From the human T2T-CHM13v2.0 reference genome, Homo sapiens, in assembly GCF_009914755.1 (NCBI RefSeq), contig NC_060938.1: DNA of 64,000 nucleotides; one strand, 5' to 3'. This document shows positions 59,325-64,000 of this stretch, piece after piece. Within the stretch, counting starts at the first letter, position 1. Each line of letters opens with the position of its first letter. The notes beneath the pieces are model-generated. The model was not told where the DNA came from and did not search any database. It was given only the letters and a program-made list of their open reading frames with translations. Made by a program: the position numbers and the translations under genes.

Positions 59325-60112
59325 GCATTCTTCTTAAAACCAATTCAATTCTTCATAACCAATGCAAACACAGAAGGCCCTGAAAGTGTAGGATATAGTG
59401 CTCCAACATCCAGGTTAAAACTACATAATGAAAGCTTGAAAACAGTTTAAACACTTTTTAATTTGGTTTACGATTACCTATACAATTTTAACTTTTAAAA
59501 TATAAAATATTTATTATTTTGGTCATGTCTAAATAACCTGGTTCTAACAAACCACTGAAGAACATGGAGGGGCGCAGAGCTTCAGTTAGTATAAGGACAA
59601 ATAAATATCTGTTGTGTACTGTTGGATACACAGAGCTAAGGTCAAAAATGTTTCCTGAACCACTTCAGGAAGGGTGTGTAGGGTTTTCTCTGTGACCAAG
59701 TGGCCACATGTATTAAGCAAAATGTCAAAAAACATTTAAGAGCAAATTTACTTACTAGTTAACTTTTCTGAGAATGTCTTATGCCTTTGAAATGAACTAT
59801 ATGAGATATTTCTTAAAGGACCATTCCTGAAAGGTGTTAGAGATTTTGACAAATTCAAGTTTGTCAGGTGTGTATAGAAAGATAAAACACAGTCAGAAGA
59901 AAGAGACTGAAAACATGTTGTTGGTTATTGTTTCATTTATTGTTAATTGCTTTCTATGTGACAGAAGGTGAACTTTGATTAACTATTTGTTAAAAGGTTG
60001 AAAGGAAGTGTTCTTGACCTTCAGAGAAATTTTCAGAGTGTAACCATTGGCTCTTCCTTCTCTATTATAGCAAATTGTTTCTATCATTTTCTTTTCTTTT
60101 TTCTTCTTTTAA

Positions 60113-60448
<336 letters not shown>

Positions 60449-61062
60449 TGACTCTCAGTTCCATTTAGTCTTGTGCTTAAGGCTAATTGCATTCACGATT
60501 TGCTCCTGATCTACCATTCGTTAATTTAATTTTTATTGTTTCTTAGCACACTCTCCAGCCAGGCCACTCAACTAACAGTTTCCTGAATGAAGTACATCTT
60601 TATATTTTTACCTTTGATTCTTTATTCATGTTATTCATTTCACTTGAAATAAAAGACTTTTCCTTCACTTTTGGCTAGCAAATTTCAAACTTTAGAGAAG
60701 TTTTAGCACAAATAGAAATTATTCGAGCTAAAACTTATCTTACCACTTTGGCATAATCTCTTTAATCTTATTAACATTTATACTATTCATGTATTTCACT
60801 TATACTTTCCTGTTTCTGATTTTATATTTTCATTTCTTTAGTATGTGTAGTTTTTTCTAATTATGACAGGGATTCATATCTAATCCTCTTTTTCACACTC
60901 TTTCAACTTTCATAGCAGTCATGGATGTTAAATATTAGTCAACTGAGTATTTACATACGTAAATATATGTAACCTAATTAAATTGACTATTTCTTTTGTT
61001 TAGAATTGACTATATTTCTTTTGTTTATAAACTAGAGGTATTGTAATGCCAATCATTGTGAC

Positions 61063-61086
61063 ATTTTTCTGATTTCTTTTTTTTAG
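61063..61086 (+). promoter_or_regulatory. 3' splice acceptor of the OR4K1 coding exon
   Basis: tttttctgatttcttttttttAG, 19 nt before the ATG. Confidence 0.7.
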
Positions 61087-61105
61087 GTAACTGAATATTG
61101 GATAC

Positions 61106-62041
61106 ATGGCTCACACAAATGAATCGATGGTGTCTGAGTTTGTACTTTTGGGACTCTCTAATTCCTGGGGACTTCAACTTTTCTTTTTTGCCATCTTCTC
61201 TATAGTCTATGTGACATCAGTGCTAGGCAATGTCTTAATTATTGTCATTATTTCTTTTGACTCCCATTTGAACTCTCCTATGTACTTCTTGCTCAGTAAT
61301 CTTTCTTTCATTGATATCTGTCAGTCTAACTTTGCCACCCCCAAGATGCTTGTAGACTTTTTTATTGAGCACAAGACTATCTCCTTTGAGGGTTGCATGG
61401 CCCAGATATTCGTTCTTCACAGTTTTGTTGGGAGTGAGATGATGTTGCTTGTAGCTATGGCATATGACAGATTTATAGCCATATGTAAGCCTCTGCACTA
61501 CAGTACAATTATGAACCGGAGGCTCTGTGTAATTTTTGTGTCTATTTCCTGGGCGGTGGGCGTTCTTCATTCTGTGAGCCACTTGGCTTTTACAGTGGAC
61601 CTGCCATTCTGTGGTCCCAATGAGGTGGATAGCTTCTTTTGTGACCTTCCCTTGGTGATAGAGCTGGCTTGCATGGATACATATGAAATGGAAATTATGA
61701 CCCTAACGAACAGTGGCCTGATATCATTGAGCTGTTTCCTGGCTTTAATTATTTCCTACACCATCATTTTGATCGGTGTCCGATGCAGGTCCTCCAGTGG
61801 GTCATCTAAGGCTCTTTCTACATTAACTGCCCACATCACAGTGGTCATTCTTTTCTTCGGGCCTTGCATTTATTTCTATATATGGCCTTTTAGAAGACTT
61901 CCTGTGGACAAATTTCTTTCTGTGTTCTACACTGTTTGTACTCCCTTGTTGAACCCCATCATCTACTCTCTGAGGAATGAAGATGTTAAAGCAGCCATGT
62001 GGAAGCTGAGAAACTGTCATGTGAACTCCTGGAAAAACTAG
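61106..62041 (+). CDS. OR4K1: Olfactory receptor 4K1, intact, 311 aa
   Basis: MAHTNESMVSEF, LNSPMYFLL, MAYDRFIAICKPLHY, FFCDLP, KALSTL, PLLNPIIYSLRN. Confidence 0.95.
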   Translation: MAHTNESMVSEFVLLGLSNSWGLQLFFFAIFSIVYVTSVLGNVLIIVIISFDSHLNSPMYFLLSNLSFIDICQSNFATPKMLVDFFIEHKTISFEGCMAQIFVLHSFVGSEMMLLVAMAYDRFIAICKPLHYSTIMNRRLCVIFVSISWAVGVLHSVSHLAFTVDLPFCGPNEVDSFFCDLPLVIELACMDTYEMEIMTLTNSGLISLSCFLALIISYTIILIGVRCRSSSGSSKALSTLTAHITVVILFFGPCIYFYIWPFRRLPVDKFLSVFYTVCTPLLNPIIYSLRNEDVKAAMWKLRNCHVNSWKN

Positions 62042-62706
62042 GGATCATTACGAAGGAGCATAATCCTGAATTAGAATGAAGACCCTCCAGTGTATCATAG
62101 TGTCATGCCAACCATCTTTGCCAGACATATGGGTTATTGAGTTACAGAATTGGCTTTTTGTTTTAAGTGCAAGGGAATTGCATCAAGTCAGTCTCTGGTT
62201 CTATTTAAATATAATGTTAACTATTTTTTCATTGTTTATAATTCAAAAGTACAAATTGTCTTGAAAATATTTAGTAATATTTTAAAATATTTTATAAAGA
62301 TTTAGAGATTCCAATGTGCATAAAATGTTATTCATGTTACTAAGCTTGTGATTCTCTTCAATTGAATACATCATAAATTTAGACCTGACAATCAAAATGT
62401 ACAGTCATACTGAATTTCTGATATCTTTACCCAATTTATTCATAACATTACAACATACATTGACATAGTAGAAAAAGTATCACATTTTACAACATGGATT
62501 TCACCTTACTGTTATATATTTTTAGCTTTTCTTTATCTTATGTATTAAGTATTTTAGTAATTTATAATTTGGTTATTATATATTTGTGTATTTATAGTTT
62601 TCCCTATTTACTATTTTATTCCTATTTTTTTCTGTTTTCCTTTAGATTATTTGACATAAATTTTTGCTTTTTACAAAATTTTCTAGGTATTTGGTGCCAT
62701 CAACAA

Positions 62707-62820
62707 CATATATATATATGTGTGTGTGTATATATATATATAAAATATATATAATATATATAAAAAATATATAATATATATAAAAATATATATATATATA
62801 ATATATATAATATATATATA
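62707..62820. repeat. (TA)n/AT-rich low-complexity tract
   Basis: Directly visible. Confidence 0.9.
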
Positions 62821-64000
62821 CATTTGTCAGAAGCCTACTTATTTTTAAAGTAGAATAAATTGGCTATAATGAATTCCACATTATTCACAGAAAATTTCAA
62901 ATATCTTTGAAACTGTTTGCAAATATGGCAGATGTTGAATATTTAAGTTCAAAGAAAAAGTAAAGTATCTAACGCATACAAATGTACAGAATGACACAAA
63001 TCATTTGCTACTGAAAATCCAAAGTGAAATTTGTTCTTTCATATTTGTTTGAAAACAGAAGAGAGAAAAGTAAAATTTATGTACCTCTAATACTAGTGAT
63101 TAAAAGCATCTGTTAAGTATTGTTTCATTTTCCAGCTAAAAGTTTTCTTATGTACTTCTCCCTGAGATTTGCATTACGAAAAGTCCTTGTAATAGGAAGA
63201 CTAATTGTATTCTATAATAACAATGAGATAAAGAACTACTTAATGGAAAATATAAAGCCTGTGATTGTCATCACTCTAGATTCCTATTTTAATTATAAGA
63301 GTTATGTTAGTGGCTATGTGTACAGATATTAACTCTGCATGCTAAATCCTAGTGGAAGTAAAATTTTAGATATAGGCACACAGTCCTGTTAAATCATCAT
63401 ATTATTTAGCTGGTTTTTTATTTTTTTGAGCTTCAGATTATTTTTGGTTAACTTCATTTGTACACTGTCAAACATAATGACCTGTTAAACTTGACTACCT
63501 GTTATATTTTTTATATGGTGCCAAAACATTTTGGACACACAATAAACATGAAAGCATTGATGATATTTTTGGTAGTATTATTTTCTCCTCACTACAGTGG
63601 AAGTGAAAAGGTGTTGAATGTATACTTCACCAATGAGGTCATTTCACTGCTCTAATTCTCATATGTAAAATAAAGTTGTTAAAAATAGCTATTTTGCAGG
63701 AACTATGTGACACAAGAGGATATAATGGAAATAAAGGCACTTTATGAAGCATGAAACATACAAATAGCTTTAGTGTTATTACTTTTGGAAAGGTAATTCT
63801 GCAGGCACCTGGATGAGTATGAATTCTGTGAAGGCAGCCTTTTGCTCCTTCTGCCTGTCAGGTAAACAAAACTGATGATGCTTGGGCGCACTCTTTGTTT
63901 TCCCTTATTAAAATGTGCAAGTCTAAATTTAGAATTTTGCAGTGATCATTTATTAGCACCAACTTAGAAACCAAATTAAATATATTCAATAACAAATAAA

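Overview
AT-rich human/primate genomic DNA from a class II olfactory receptor cluster, recognised from the proteins as OR4K2 - OR4K4P - OR4K5 - OR4K1 (human 14q11.2 by established knowledge). It holds three intact single-exon OR ORFs and one OR pseudogene, all on the + strand, embedded in dense mammalian repeats (L1, Alu, MaLR/ERV LTRs, HSMAR2, MER DNA elements, MIR). Three things are not explained by these features: (1) an ancient, near full-length minus-strand processed pseudogene of the Na+/K+-ATPase beta-3 subunit (ATP1B3), with a 230-nt extra segment apparently at the exon 1/exon 2 junction, a candidate fossil cassette exon; (2) a 258-bp near-perfect AT-rich palindrome about 2.6 kb upstream of the OR4K1 ORF; (3) an OR4K4P lesion that looks like an internal deletion from just after the start codon to the PKM motif, with promoter-like and 5' exon-like sequence kept upstream. 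No prokaryotic systems, CRISPR arrays or RNA genes were seen. Repeat subfamily names and reference-sequence comparisons come from memory of consensus sequences, not from database searches.
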